The notes: generated by a model not told the origin, from the letters alone. Positions 12,631-27,614 are shown, counted from the stretch's first letter. The stretch: DNA of 64,000 nucleotides from Lingula anatina (GCA_051362555.1 CM120649.1:19110567-19174566), one strand, 5' to 3'. A program made the numbers and translations.

Positions 12631-15389
12631 ATGAATTCCTTGAAGAAATTTGGGGTTTTGTTGTTGGTATATTTATTATCATCTTCAGGTAAGATGGCTT
12701 AATTTGTTAACATACATTTTTTATACAGTGACGAAGTTTCATACACCTGTATACATGTATCGAATGTGTAACTGACGTTTTTTTTCCGAAGTGCACAGAG
12801 TCGCGAGAAAATATTTGTATAATTACTGCACGGTTTCTAGACTGAAAATCGGAATAGTGCCACAGACTGATAATAGAGAGGTTTCGAAAAGAAAAGTCAT
12901 TTATCCAGATCTCATGAAAGGGATTCTTTATATAGAACGCCTGTATCCCTTTTAACAAGCAAGCGACGCAAGTGGAAAGTAGCGTTTTATCGATACATAT
13001 AAGGTACCCCACGTTCACACCCAGTCTCTAAAGCCCATAGCGCCATGATTAATATTTTGTCGTTATATTCTCTCATTTTTTTATGGGGGGGGGGGAGGGG
13101 GCAAGATGATAACCTTTCATCAACATTGCCTAATACAACTGTTATTGTTAAAAATTAAATATCCCCTCCCTCGAATGTTTACCGGGAAGTAACAAAGTTA
13201 AGAAAGGAGAAAATAGCTACCGTCTAAGTTCCTGCGTCTTTTGCGTGGTCTAATAATCTTCTACTTTAATTTAGTCTGAGTAGTTTTGAGTATTTATCAT
13301 TCATTACTACGCAATTGTTTTTTTTTTAAGCATTCAGAAAGCGTATAGAATTGACCAGTTAACTGTAATCCCATGTATTGTGACGTTTTCCACTCCGTTC
13401 CAATACATAAAAACAATCCTTTTTCTAGTGGACTCTTAACAAAGCTATGCCTATACACTTATTCCCTTCTTAACTGTTATCCAATTAATCTACATGCATT
13501 CTGCTAATTTGCGATTAACGTTACCATTTAACGTTACCAGAAACACCATTTCTTCAAAAGACTTAATTCACCTTCAAATTTGAAAACGTGGCAAGAAACG
13601 TATCAATCTATTAAACTACATGAGATAATATTTCTCTGTTAAGAATTTCCTTAGTACTGAACAATGGATTTTGTCAGACTGCCAACCTGGATCATACGAA
13701 GTAGCATAACATAAGAATAATAGTGGGTTAAAAAACATAAATTTTGTCGCCTCTGGAATCAATAGCCTTTACTTCCTTGGTTTATGATCGACTTAACACT
13801 ATTCAGCGGTCTCCTGGTATGAGAAAACGATAACAATAGGGTTGTGAAAAGGTTCATTCAGGTGAACTTAAAGATACCATTTGAAGTTCAAAATGTATGA
13901 AATTACCCCCCCCCCCCCCCCCCGTTTTTTTTTTAATGTAGAGTTGTGAGGCCAGGGTATGAAGAGGTGATTGCAATTGGGCTTTTTATGCAAAAAAACA
14001 GTTAAATGACATAGAATAGAAAAGTTAGAGAAAAAAATTTGATACCGACACTTTTCTGTGTTTACTTCCTGAAATGCATCCTTGATCACAGTACACTCCA
14101 ACTATTTTGAAGTGATTTTTTTTAAACATGACCCAGATAAATCGTCGCGTGAGCTCGAGCATATTATTTACCCCTCTATTAAATAGTCCAACCATTGTTC
14201 ACATCTTAATCATGACAGTGACACTTTTATTTAGGGCAGTTACAGGTATTACGGTCATTACTCGATCATTTCAACCGCGAAATTATAGATTTTACAGCCA
14301 CTGTATTTCTTACAGTAATAATTTCTTAAAAATAGAATATTCATTTTGAGTGGTACCAATACAATTACAATGCAGACTACCTAATAGTTCTATTCTTTAC
14401 AATTAAAGCTCCAAAATGATATACAGAGTGTATTTTTAAAGATCCCAAAATTATAGTAAATCTATAATTTTCCCCCGTTGAAATGATCGAGCCTTTACCC
14501 TAACCCAAAACTCTCTCTGACAAAAGAAATACCCGTATACCTCTTCACCTTTGTTTGCTGGGTCATGTCACAGACTAAGCCGTTCCAAAACTGAAATACC
14601 TGTGCGATTGTGTTAAAAAATATTGGTACTAGCTGAAGGATATGGGGGTATCGCCTACTCACTGTGAGGAACAGTCACATTTTCTACGTTACCTTATTTT
14701 TGTTACGACAATGAACGGTTTTGTTACGACAATGATGTTTAAAGACTTGATTTAATTTTTACAATAATTTCATAGGATAAAAGGGAAACCTGCTTCACTG
14801 AGTAGTCCCTAAAAAAACTGCATACGCTGTGTGGCCATGAAATACATGCACTTCAAAATGAACTAACCTTTTTTTTTTTCGTTTTGTGAGTCTATTGTTT
14901 TTTTTTTTTTTTTTTTTTTTTTTGAAAATATTCGGTAAAAGATTCGAAAACGAGATTTAGGAGAATTTACTCAGAATATCAATTTTGTCCGAAAGATTTA
15001 AGTGCCCCCCTGCTTCTGCCATAAAAAACAGGGTTTTTTCTTATCTTCTTTCCTTTATACTTTCAATTTAGTGTACAGTGGCTATGTCACAGATGACTTC
15101 CTAATTTTCACGGACAGACAAAATGGTGTAATATGGCAAGTTGATCTGATTCAGTGGCAACTTCACTCCATCTTTGCCCAGTGTAATAATCCCATATCCG
15201 CAAGTTACGACCCCATAGAGCAACGTGTTTACTGGACTGAAGTTGTCGCCTTCGCTAAAATAAGAAGAGTAAATGTTGATGGAACAGTGCCGGAGACCGT
15301 CTTTAATTTCACTGTTGGTAAGTGTGATGTTCACCTACTTCCACTGACAGATTCAGAATTTAAATTTTAGGCATACTGACACGCACGGC

Positions 15390-15436
<47 letters not shown>

Positions 15437-18400
15437 GTGAGAGAGGGAGAAAGGTCATATTAAAGGTCAAACTTCTCTTCTCAGGGAGCGCGCCGGACGC
15501 CGTTACAGTTGACCATATTTCCCGCCTATTGTACTACACCGAATTCAGATATGAAACCATTGGTGTGATGAGATTGGACGGCTCACAACACAAGATCTTG
15601 TTAAGAACTGGATTGGATATGCCGAGAGCGATAACGTTGGATCCAGTTAATGGGTATGTAAGAGGGATTCACTGTTTTTTTAGAGTTGGTATTATCAAAA
15701 TTGAAATTCGTGGTTTTTGTGTCTTAATCTAGTTCTGTTTTAAAGGTGCATAATACTAAATTTGCACTGCTCTGTTTTAGCTCTAATCAATTAAAGGTAA
15801 AGAAGGCGAATTGAATTTTTTCTTGATTTCATAAAATGCACAAGCGTCACCAAAGAAACATTCCTCCTCGCGATCCATAATGGTTAGATAAAGTCACAAA
15901 TTTCTTTTAGACTTCACTAAATTGAAAAAATAGCATCTAGCAAACTGTTTTTCAATAAGCCAATCAAAGCGGCAATGAATACCACAGCAGCTGACGTGAT
16001 GAGACACACGACTTTTACGACGCATAGTGCTTGGGCCAGAAACTCACAATCTTTCCTGGTCGTAAAGGTTGGTCAAGTCATCGTCTGGGATATCTTATAA
16101 ATTTTGCAAAATTACACACATATATGGCCTTTCATCAGCATGCCTTGACAAATTCACTGTTGATGAAAGAAATAAATGCAACTACATGTATGCTCCAAAC
16201 TGTTTTTTTTTAAATTCAATATATACTTGTCCTAGCACTAGTGTATTTCCGCTCAGGGTCAATTTTGCATTATTTTGTTTTACTTAATTAAAACTTTTGA
16301 CTTAAATTTTAATCGAGTTCCAATAATATTCAATGCAGACATAATAATGCATAAAAATACTGTAGAAATAATGATCCCCCCAAAAAAATTAGTACATTGT
16401 AGGCCCTACAACTTGATAAACAAAAAAGAAAACAAGAAGTACTGTTTAATGATGCAAAGTTCCATACAAATTTTGTTGCGTTAGTCATCTTCACGTATAA
16501 AACAAAATGAACGAAATTACTACGGAACCAACTCTGGTTTGACTTCCCAAAAGTAAGAAAAAGTACAAAGCTACTGTTTTTTCACTAACGCATATATAAT
16601 AGAGATACGCATCTATTAATTTTTTCCTAGCCTTGCAGAATATCTTTGACATTACCTTTGAAACGTGACGATTGATGACGTAACTTGGCATGGTGTTAAA
16701 TGACGTAAAGCGTACACGTTTCCTCCAAACTTTGTTTCAGTTGGATGTATTGGACTGATTGGGGAACGGAAGCAAAGATCGAACGCGCGCACATGGACGG
16801 CGAAAACAGACAAAGTGTGGCGTACACGGATCTATCATGGCCGAACGGAATAGATATTGACATCCCTGGTGAGATTTGAACGACATGGGATAATAAAACT
16901 TCATTTTCTTAGTGATAATTTCTTCTTAACACGTATGTATGACTCGCTCAGAAGTACTTGAATTACGATGTCTTTTCAAACCTTCATTATTTATTATTAA
17001 GACTTTATTTTTTATGTTTGCAAAAGTTGTGATGTAAAATTAAGGCCTTAAATAGTTTTTTCTAAATTCTAAACAAAAAACGTACACAAACACCTAATTA
17101 TAAGTTCTTTTTACAGAACAGCAACTTTATTGGTGCGACGGAAATTATTCCAAAATTGAAGTGTCCGACCCAGATGGAAGTAACAGACGGTCTTTGATCG
17201 AAGCGGGAGATACTCTTGGTGGTCACTACTATGGCATTGCCGTGGACGACCAGCAGATCTATTTCACTGATTGGAAGTTCAATGCCTGGTACGACACTTC
17301 CATTTACAACATCTGCTATAAAAAATTCTGGACTAAAATGTTTTGTAAAATGCTGTTATGATCTTAATTAAAAATGTCTGCTAAATGCTTGGATGTGAAT
17401 TTAACCTGGATTATGACACACATCTATCTTTAGAACTACTTTCTTAAACGTGTGAGAATACCATTACTTGAGCGTTGCAGAAATTCGTCAGAAGGGATTG
17501 GGTTAAACAGGCTTCCAGATTCATTTTGCTTCAAATTGTTAAATATACATGACAACCAAAATATGTTTGCATTCCCTTTAATGTAAACAAATGACAGCTA
17601 TCACTTTCTGGCACACCAAACAAATCAACATGCCAAAAAATATTGCATCTTCTTCAAATATCTATCGTAAACTTAACCTGCCTGTCTGCCTCCGCCTCCA
17701 ACCCCCACCCCCACCCCAACCATAAATTTGCAGTGGAAAGAAAAAATTAGACAAAAGAAAATCATAGAAGGAGGTATGATACTGTTCGAAACTATATGCG
17801 GTGGTATTTGGTTGGGTTTAGTGGCAATAATTTACTCTGTAATTTAATGTCGCTATTGCGAACCAATGCATTTCTTTCAAATCTGTTTATATCCATTGAG
17901 TTATATATTCAAGTTATCTCAAATGATTTGTATTCCTTTGTTTGTTTCTTTTGTTCCATTTTTGGTATTTTAATGACGCACATTTTAACAGGGCGTTCCA
18001 CAGAGCCAACAAACACGACGGCAGTAACTCGACTGTTGCTGGCGCCAGTTTTATTCCAACGGCCAGGTTAACTGGTGTTCACGTGTACAGAAGGTCATAT
18101 CATTTATCAGGTGAGGTCTGGGTTTGTTTACAGAAAATATAGTGTCGGTTTTTGGTACTAATAACCGTATGTTTTATCTATAAGTATATGTATACTCCCA
18201 TTATTGTTGTCTTCAACGAAGTCCTTTGAGAAATTTGTAATTAGTCAGTAATTCTTAGCAGATACAGCCCCCGTTGCTTTACATGCGGTTGGCTATGCCG
18301 TTGTATCATTCCAAGTTTATCCCAATAGTTATAGATGTATTTCAGACATTTCAAAATTTTCCCGGAGTCTCTAGTTTTTGAATAATATAATCATGTACCC

Positions 18401-19872
18401 TGCAAATTCGTACGGTGACTTTTAAGACCATATTAAACAACGTGTAGAACTACCGCTCCCGACAATGCATTATTGTAAATGCTATAAAGTATCAGTAAAC
18501 GTCTTACGAGCTTAGTGGACATATGGCTATTGCCTTTAGTCTCTGAACCCTGTTTACAAATGGACTACAGTAAAAAAATCAATCTAAGCTAAACAACCAG
18601 TAGTTTTATGCGAATAAGGCGCGTGTCACAAAGATGATGCACATCCAAAAGATACATAGTGGTATACAATAGCGCGTCTATATCCATATGTCATTGTACA
18701 TCATTTCATGTCCTGGTATATCGCCACACATTAACAATTGCAAATGGCACCTTCAACTAATCCATGTACGTGCACTAGCTTGTACGTGCATGCGATGTCT
18801 TGTTGCAATTTACATTCTACTTGATATGGCAACTCTGTATTGTAGGTTCCAACGGCTGCAGCATAAACAATGGGGGTTGTCCATACCTGTGTCTGCCAAA
18901 ACCCAACGGCAGAACGTGCGCATGCCCAGATGAATTGTCCGGTTGCATTTCGACTACATCTGCTACCACATCTACAACTACTGTTGTAACAACAAAGCCT
19001 ACTACTATTACTACTACTACAACCACTTCGCCGACCACGACGACTACTACTACACCTACTACCACCACCACCACCACCACTACTACTACTACTACTACAC
19101 CAACCACAACGATTACTACTACACCTACTTCAACTACACCAACAACCACTAAGCCAACCACGACGACTATTAGTTCAACAACAACAACGCCAACTACGGC
19201 TTCTACTACGCCTACTACCACCACCGGCACAACGACAGTGTCCGCTTTACCTCCCACGGTCACGCCAGCGTCTACCACCTCGAACGTAACTCCCACCACT
19301 GAAAAAAATGAAGCTCGATTTGAAGCAGGTAGTATGACTTCCAAAGGTCAAACATAATTATAAAATAGAACAGTTGACGTCTGATAATGATTTTGAATAG
19401 TAAAATTTTAAAGAGAGATTGTTTTATCTTCAAAAGGTGACTTTGAGACTGCAGTTGTTGCAAGAAAAATTGTTGCTGTAAATTTGATGATTATTTGCAA
19501 AAGCATCTAAAGTTTGCGGCATGTTTGCAAGAATCTTCAAATTTTGCTAAGAGAGATGTGCATTTTAATTGTTTCCCGCTATTGCCAGATACCCATTGTA
19601 GAGGTCAAATGTAAGAAATTTAAGATCTTGGAAATGTAATATCATCACTTTCGGCTTCATCAATTTCCTAAAAACTTTCTAAACATTGCTTTTATCTCCA
19701 TCAATTTCGTAAAAACTTTCCAAACATTACAACATTTATTTTTATGATTCTAATAGTGAAAGGCGAGGACTCGGCAAGCATCCCGCTGGTAATTGGTGTC
19801 GCAGTGGCCACACCGTTGGTCACCGTTATTTTGGTGGTGGTCATCATACTAGTATTTCTTAGGAGACGAAGG

Positions 19873-19924
<52 letters not shown>

Positions 19925-20441
19925 GCTTTCACAGACACACACTCTCTTTTTTCTCTCTCTCTCTTAATTTTTGTATTTTTGTAATTTTTCATTCATATGT
20001 TTCTTTATTAATTCATCTTGTCTACTGTGTATTTTATTGGTTTGGTTTCCCATTTTGCATATCTTTTACATGTAGTCAGTTCAGTACATTACTGTATATT
20101 TCCAATCGTAGAATTTTTCTTGCAAATAATTTATCATCCTTTTTTTCCCTTGAGATGGGACAAAAGTGGCGTACATTTGTGAATCTTATTTCAGAACACC
20201 GCTACCTGACCCACTAAACTTACATGTTCCTCACCTCAACCCCGCGTTTTCCGACGGTCCGGCACCTGCCCCGCCTAAATCACCTAAAGGACAACTTCGT
20301 GTGTCAACCAATTCGGACTATGACACAATTCCAGGTGATTACCTAACATCGACGGCAGATGATACTTATGAAGTACCAGTGACCCAAGAGGATCAGTATT
20401 CGGATTATGCCAGCATCTTACCGCAGCATGTCGACGTATAA
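12631..20441 (+). CDS. YWTD beta-propeller/EGF/mucin-stalk type-I membrane receptor, copy B (complete, 578 aa; LRP-like, no LDLa repeats)
   Basis: Exons 12631-12688 (signal peptide MNSLKKFGVLLLVYLLSSS), 15072-15317, 15485-15653, 16741-16868, 17117-17288, 17992-18110, 18846-19328 (EGF plus Thr stalk), 19757-19871 (TM), 20195-20441 (tail). All introns are GT-AG; total 1737 nt, open frame ending in TAA. Confidence 0.9.
19875..19923. repeat. (AT)n microsatellite immediately after the TM-exon donor of copy B
   Basis: Directly visible. Confidence 0.95.
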
Positions 20442-21630
20442 CCAGCAGCTTCAAAGGGGGTATCTCCCCCCCCCCCCCTAAAAAAAGAAATTAGTGAACT
20501 CCCCGTCGACCCCTTCAGTTAAACCGAGGGTGAAGACAGCATATGTCTTCTTGTTTGGTTGACTCAACATAGGAATGGAATATATGAAACCTTTGTTAAG
20601 GACTTTTTCCTAGGCCAAAAACTCGGTTTTTCTCCCCCCCTCCCTTCTCCCCACCCCTATCAATACTCCTACCTACCGCCCTGTGTATAGGTACTAGTAA
20701 TTTGAATAGAAACGATACAAACGGATATTCTCTACGCCGTTTAACAGCAGATTACTAACAAAAACAAAAAATTGATGTATATAAAGAAAAAGCAATTACA
20801 AAACGCTGACACACTGATAGTGGAACACAAATGACGTTATACAGTTGGAATTTTATGCAGTCATCTTCATGGGCTTACATTTTATTTTGTGTGGGAATTT
20901 TATTAAGCACCTTGATGTACGTCAACATTTGATTCAGAGTGTATGTTTTCCTGCCATGGTGGCTGTTTTACTAAATTTCTCGACCCCCCCCCCCCCCCCC
21001 CCCCCCCCCCCGACCATGTTGCATGTGAACAATTGAGGTAAACACACTTCGGGGCAGTCGCGTGTGAGCATGGCACGTGCTGATAGAATGTGATACAAAC
21101 ACGTCCAACAATAAAAAGCCTCAAGATTACGGAATTCTCATGGGAAAACGGCACTCTGCTGGTGAATAAGAGGAACATTATAGAGAGGGCTGTGTATAGT
21201 TTGGAACTCAGAAAACGACGAAATTGTGCTTCCAAACTGTGTACGGACTTAAGTTTAGAATGAAGCTGCATAAAGAGAATAAGCAAATGTAGATTTTTTC
21301 GTAACGTGTGCGTTATATAAATTGGTTTAGAATAAAACACCATAGAGAATAAACGTATGTTCAGGTGTATGCAATGTGTGCGATTTCTCTGAAAGGCTTA
21401 TGTACGGGGCTCAGTGCCTCTAGCCTAATTTTGTTACAGAATGATGATGTATAAATGATACAAATGATTGTAGTTGATAACTTAGAACTTAGTTTTTGAG
21501 AGCGAACAATCAACAAAGTTAACGCCGTGTGAAGTTAAGAAATCATATCTCGCACGATGGGAATAGTGGGGGATATAGATTGGACCCTACTCGTCCACGA
21601 AACTACAATTAACAGAATTAATTGTATTTA

Positions 21631-23432
21631 TGTAGCAAATGGTTTGTTTTAGTGGTGCTATTAACGTTTTGGTAATACATCAACGTTTGTTTGGGTCTTG
21701 TGTCTGCACATTTTGACCTTAAAGTAGTTGACCAAGGCAAGGTGATAACAGATGTCCAGGGTTAAGGAATGTCTTAGCTGCTGTGTATCTAGGCACACAC
21801 ATGTATTTTCTATGAAAGATGTTTTGGAGATTAATTCCATCGAGCTGCATTCAGTGAGAAGTCATTCAGCTTTGTAGCTGCGGATATATTTACCCACAGT
21901 TTTAGCAGCTACACTGTATTATTACTTACGTTTCTTTATTGTTATTTGTACCATGGCCAGAAATGTGCAGCATTTACGCGATACGCGAGGGCGCAACAGT
22001 AGGGCTTCACGTGACTCAACTAACCAATCACAGCACAAGAATGGCATCGCACACAGACTCTGTGATAAGTGCTCAGCCCATTGTCAAGTAGTGTTAGTTC
22101 ATGGTAACAAGCGTCTGATATGTGCAGAGAAGTTTATTATTATAATATATATTGTTCTTATTGTTACATTATTAAATCTAACTCTGTATCCGAGTAGTAA
22201 CTATACTGTACCAAGTCAGGTACTGATGATGTACAGAGGTCATATACTGTATTCCAGAATAAGCCATTACCACTGATTTATAACTTTCATTTTTGTTTTA
22301 TATGTTATTCATGAAAGAGTTCATGAAAGATTATTTTAATTTGTTAAATCGTGATCTTATTCTTTTTATATTCAAATAATTGAATACTGTGGGTAAAATT
22401 GGTCTTCCACTTCTTATTTGCATTTTCCCTTTACTACAAGATTATTTTGGAACAGTTGCAGCATTAAAAATTTAAATAAATAGCAATCTGAAAGAAGAAT
22501 TTTGCATAATTATTAAATGATGATAAGAATTTTGGATTAAGAGATTAGTTAAATACTGAGTAGTGATATGGTCAGTCAATTTATGTAGAATCTGATAATA
22601 TGATTGAAAATACTGATTGAATTCTTGGCCTTGCACTGGGCAGTTTACATTTGTGCCAAGTGCTCTTTTTGGACTCCATTGTACAGTGGTAAAAAATCTT
22701 CAATTGCCATGAAATTTTTTAATCAGACTCTGTATGTTACTGCTATCAACTGTTGCTATCGGCAACGAATTAATTTCCCTTTGTTTCTGAGTGAATCTAC
22801 CGTCTAAAATCACAATTACTGAAAATATTTGCGTTTTGCTGAGGGTAGTCTAGGCAATATACGGCAAACATGTTAGTACGTGTGTACAACAGAATTATTT
22901 AAAAAAACCTAGCGATATTTGGTCAGGAGTTGCTTGTAGCATAGCACAGCGTTGCTGTCTATCGGCATCAGGCCGTTAGTTTGTCAATTCTCACGAATTA
23001 CCCACGAATCGCGAACCCATTCATTTTCCTATGGCAATCTAGCAACTCATTAAAAATGCACGCATGCGCAATGGGCTAGGCGAGACGTCATGCAGTGCAT
23101 TTCTGGGGATGACAAATATGATGTGAGAGAAGCTCACATCCCCGCCGGCCTTTTATTTTCATTTGCGCCAACGTTTTGCTCCTATAGCTGTTGTGATTTC
23201 TCATATTTTTCATACTTAATCCTGGTTACATTCATTAACAATAACATACTTTATTATTTTTATATTTGGCACTTATATAGTTTGGGGGATGTTTGATTAT
23301 CTCCCCAGTTCTGTAACTCTGTGTCTTATTAATTTTCGTCATTAATAAATGACAATTACAGTCATATGGACTTATATTACTTAATTTGGAGCAAAAACAG
23401 AGCTTCGTTGTGCTTGTGAACATTTGGCTACA
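21631..23432 (+). mobile_element. ~1.8 kb insertion upstream of copy C, probable solo LTR (or TIR element)
   Basis: Absent from the homologous promoter of B (continuous at ~12045-12055). Ends TGTAGC...GCTACA (TG..CA with short inverted repeats), AATAAA ~85 nt before the right end, no coding capacity. No clean 4-6 bp TSD; only TA on both sides. Confidence 0.55.
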
Positions 23433-23434
23433 TA

Positions 23435-24065
23435 AATCACGTTCTTCACATTGTATCGACCTCTACAACCAGGAAGTAATTTCACTTTATTTTCATGTAT
23501 TTTTGTACAGTGTACAAAACAAACAAAAAACAAGCGCATATTTTGAGGTCCAAATCAAGAACTATTGCTTAAACGAGATGACAGCAACGAACAATGTGAT
23601 CACGCTGAAGCACACAAAGCCAGATTTGACTTCAGTGTTTTAGTTTTATGTGACCACTCGCGAAGGACAAATGTTTCAAAAGCACCTTGAATTAACCTGA
23701 ATTTACTGATCATATTTCGGCTTTTCTAATAATACTGAACAAAATCGCTAGACATTTCGTTACATTATAAAACAAGGCAAAAAGCACGGATACCACCAAT
23801 GTATCCTCGTTAGTAAAAGTCACAAGACGATGAAACTGTGCCAACTGAACAGGGCACTTTTAATCTCCCTCGACGTGAATCATACTAAAGAGGAAAAGAA
23901 ATTAGACTCCCAAATAAGGAACAGGCTACAAACTTTACGTCACAGTACGCTGGGGCCTAACACTGAAGGGTTTATAACGAGAAAAACTCACAAAATATTG
24001 ACAAGATCCTACAGGCAGGCATCCTGATATATTGTTCCAACACGTGCCATATCGACCCTGTTATA
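23435..24065 (+). promoter_or_regulatory. Putative promoter/5' UTR of copy C
   Basis: Aligns by eye to 12050-12630; shares CAGGAAGTAATTTCAC and CATTATAAAACAAGGC. Confidence 0.4.
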
Positions 24066-27000
24066 ATGAATCCCATGAAGACGTTTGGGGGATTGTTTGT
24101 GATATTTTTATTATCATCTTCAGGTAAGATGGCTTTATTTTCTTAACATATTCTTATATACTCACGAAGTGACATACATATTTATCTAATTTGTAATTGA
24201 AGTTCTTCCCAATGTTTACAGAGTCACAAAAAGACAGGTATAACTACTGCACGGTTTCTTATCTGAAAACCGGAATATCGTCACAGACTGATAACAAAGA
24301 GGATTTGAAAAGTAAAATTATATATTCAGATTTCCTAAAAAGGATTTTTATATAGAGTGACGCAAGTTGAAAGTAGCGTTTGAACGATATAAGATATCCC
24401 AAATGGTGAAATTGTCCACACTCAGTCTCTGAAGCCCATAGTGCCATGTTTAATATTTTGCTTTCATATTATCGAAATTATTTTAGGGGGAGGGAGGTAC
24501 ATTGTCTCAAAGAATTGTCATTGTTAAAAAAATTACTATGGCTAGTTAAAGGGTTGTGAAAAGCGTCACTAAGGTAAACATGAAGACAGAATTTGAAGTT
24601 CAAAATGGCCCTGTCACACCTTGACGATTTAGCCAGCGAACGCCAACGTATGAAAAATTTGGCCAATAGGCTGGAGTACGTCGAATGTTATGGGTAAATT
24701 TTGTATAAGTTAAGAGCACGCTGAAGCACGCCGGCATACGTCGTAGTACGTCCACGTAGTCACGCACAAAACTTTTCGACGTACAGGTATGTCAACGTAT
24801 GATTCATACGTCCCGCATACGCGGGCAATAAGTTATGCGATCGTTGACGCCCGTTCACACACGTTATGTATAAGTTACTCACAAGTCGCAATACGTCAAG
24901 ATAATATCAAGCGTACCCAAGACGTTTGTTCAACCTATGATTAACGTGATTTTAACCTATGGGTTACTTATATCAAACTTACCTCAAACGCATATTGACA
25001 TATTTAGACGTATTTGACGCGTTTCGAACAACCCCAGAACTTACTGAACGCGCTGCTAACGTTGAGCTACCGTATGATGGCGTGTTGGCAGCGTTTAGGG
25101 GAATTGGGGTATAAAAATGGGTTCACAGGAGGAACCCGTCAGTACTCCTCAAGAATCCATGGTGAGCAGATGTGCATGTCACCCGAGAGAGAATGAGAAT
25201 CTGACAAGGCACGTGATCGTCGGCCATACGCTGCCGTGCGGTATGCGTAAGTTAGACTGGCGTTGGGCATAAGTTGTGAACGCCGGCATAACGCTACGCA
25301 TTCGTTGGTGTAAGTTGTCTATAAGTAATGGAAACGTTCTATTTAAGTTACTAATCGTCATGTATACGCCGAACTCATTATGAATACGCTATGTATACAG
25401 CAAAAATTAAAAAAAAAAAAACGTCGACAGTTCAACGCACCCTGTATGCCATCAAAATGATCACGCTGGCGAAATCGTCAAGATGTGACAGGGCCAAAAT
25501 GTATGAAATTACGCTCAGCTTTATGATATTGTGCACTTATAAATGAAATGAAATAGAAATGTAAGAGAAAACATATGGTATTTAATATCGATACTTTTTA
25601 TGTACAGACACAGATTTGTCTGTATACACATGTAGCCTTCTCCTGTGTCTGTCGTCGTAGTCGGCGTTATATTACTAAATGAAATGAAAACCATATTACC
25701 TTTTGTCTTCAAACTTAAAAAACTGATGAACATTTATGAAATACAGGTCAAGTTCGAATATCAGCCTGATCGGATCATTTTTCCAGAAATTATGCTTTTT
25801 TATTTTTTTTTCAGCATATTTTATCCACCGTAATACAAATACAATGAAAATCATGTCACATTTTATTTTGAAACTTGCACGACTGATTCAAAGGTGTGAC
25901 ATATAGATCAAGTTCGAAAATTGGCTTGACAAGTTTATTTTTGTTGAAGTTATGCTGTTTTTTGTATATAAATGGGTTATTATTCATGTTAACAGTCTCA
26001 GTATTGAACTTATCATATTTATAAAAGTATTTTTTGACATTTTCTGCATCTTGATAATTTTGTAACTTGCTTATATAAAAATGATGGTAAATTTGTTATT
26101 GTATGATAAAGTTTCAAAAATGAGAATAAACTCAAATCAGTGCAGTTTGTCAGATTCAATTCCTCACTATGTTCTGAATCTAAGAATGGAGCAAATTGGA
26201 CATTTTAGATTGTTTTATTGATATTTTTCCCAACTTGACGATTTTGTAGTTGATCATTTAAAAATAAAAGTAAATTGGTTATTGTGTATTATGTTATAAG
26301 TGTAGGAAATGAAAATAACACATTTCAGTACTTGTGTACATATCGGCATTTTTAAGGTGTGACTTTTCCATGGGCCTGATTGCTAGTCACATTTTCCAGA
26401 CATCAATGGTACCTGAAGTGTATAAATTAAAATTAATGGTGATTATATGCTGTTAAGCATTAAGTAACACTGCATCAAAATTGATAAAAAATATTTTGTC
26501 TACTTCCACTACAAGTGCTCTAAATGGAAAAATTATTATTTTGTAACTGACAAGAATGATTGACAAATTGGCAAACCAAATTGAGATTGGATGCTTTTTC
26601 CTTCTTGATGTCTGTACATTTGACAGCTTTGCTGCCTTGTTTGTATTTACTTCCTGAAATGCATCCTAGATCACAGCACACTTCAACTATTTTCATGTCA
26701 ATTATTTTGTTAAACAAAACCCAGATAAGTCGTCGCGTGAGTTCGAGTATATTGTATATCCTCTCTTAAATACTCCAACCGCTGTTTACATCCTTCCCAT
26801 ACCAGTGACACTTAAGGGCAGCAACAGCATAACAATCCAGGCATCCGCTCTGACAAATAAAATATTTCCTCTCCACTTGTGCCCGCTGGGTCATTTGATA
26901 TAAGTAATATCGCTGTGTTTCAAAACTGAGAGACCTGCGAGACTGTGATAAAGAAAATATTATTGGCACTAGCTGAGAGACGTGTGTATTGCCTATAAAC

Positions 27001-27614
27001 GGTAAAAGAAAATGTTATTTTTTTCTGCGTTACCTTATTTTTGTTACGATAATGAGCATATTGATGATCGTTAAATTTGATTTACTTTTTTACAAGCATT
27101 TCACAAGATACAAGGAAAACCTGCTTTAGTAATGAGGAGGTCCCTAAAATGCTACACATTCTGTGTGGTCACATGTATTTCAATAATAAATACTAAAATG
27201 TCTGGTTTTTCGTATTGGGAGTCTATTGATTTTTTTTTCTTTTTTGTAAGTTCGTCGTTTCGTTTCAAGTTTTTTCTTATCATTTCTTTGCTTTATACTT
27301 TCAATTTAGTGCACAGTCGCTATGTGACCGATGACTTCCTACTTTTCACGGACAGACTAAACGGAGTAATATGGCAAGCTGACCTGATCCAGTGGAACCT
27401 GCACGCCATCTATACCCAGTGTAATAACCCCATATCCGCAAGTTACGACCCCATAGAGCAGAGGGTTTACTGGTCTGAGGTTGTCACCTTCGCTAAAATA
27501 AGAAGAATAAATCTGAATGGAAAAGAGCCGGAAGTGGTCTTTGATTTCATTATTGGTTAGTGTGGTGTAGTTACATTGACAGATTTTACATTACAGGCAT
27601 GCTTACACACACGT

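Noticed and set aside
18817-19344. Val-rich minus-strand ORFs (also 30474-31025, 5552-5809, 8746-8958)
   Set aside because: Antisense shadows of the EGF/Thr-stalk exons.
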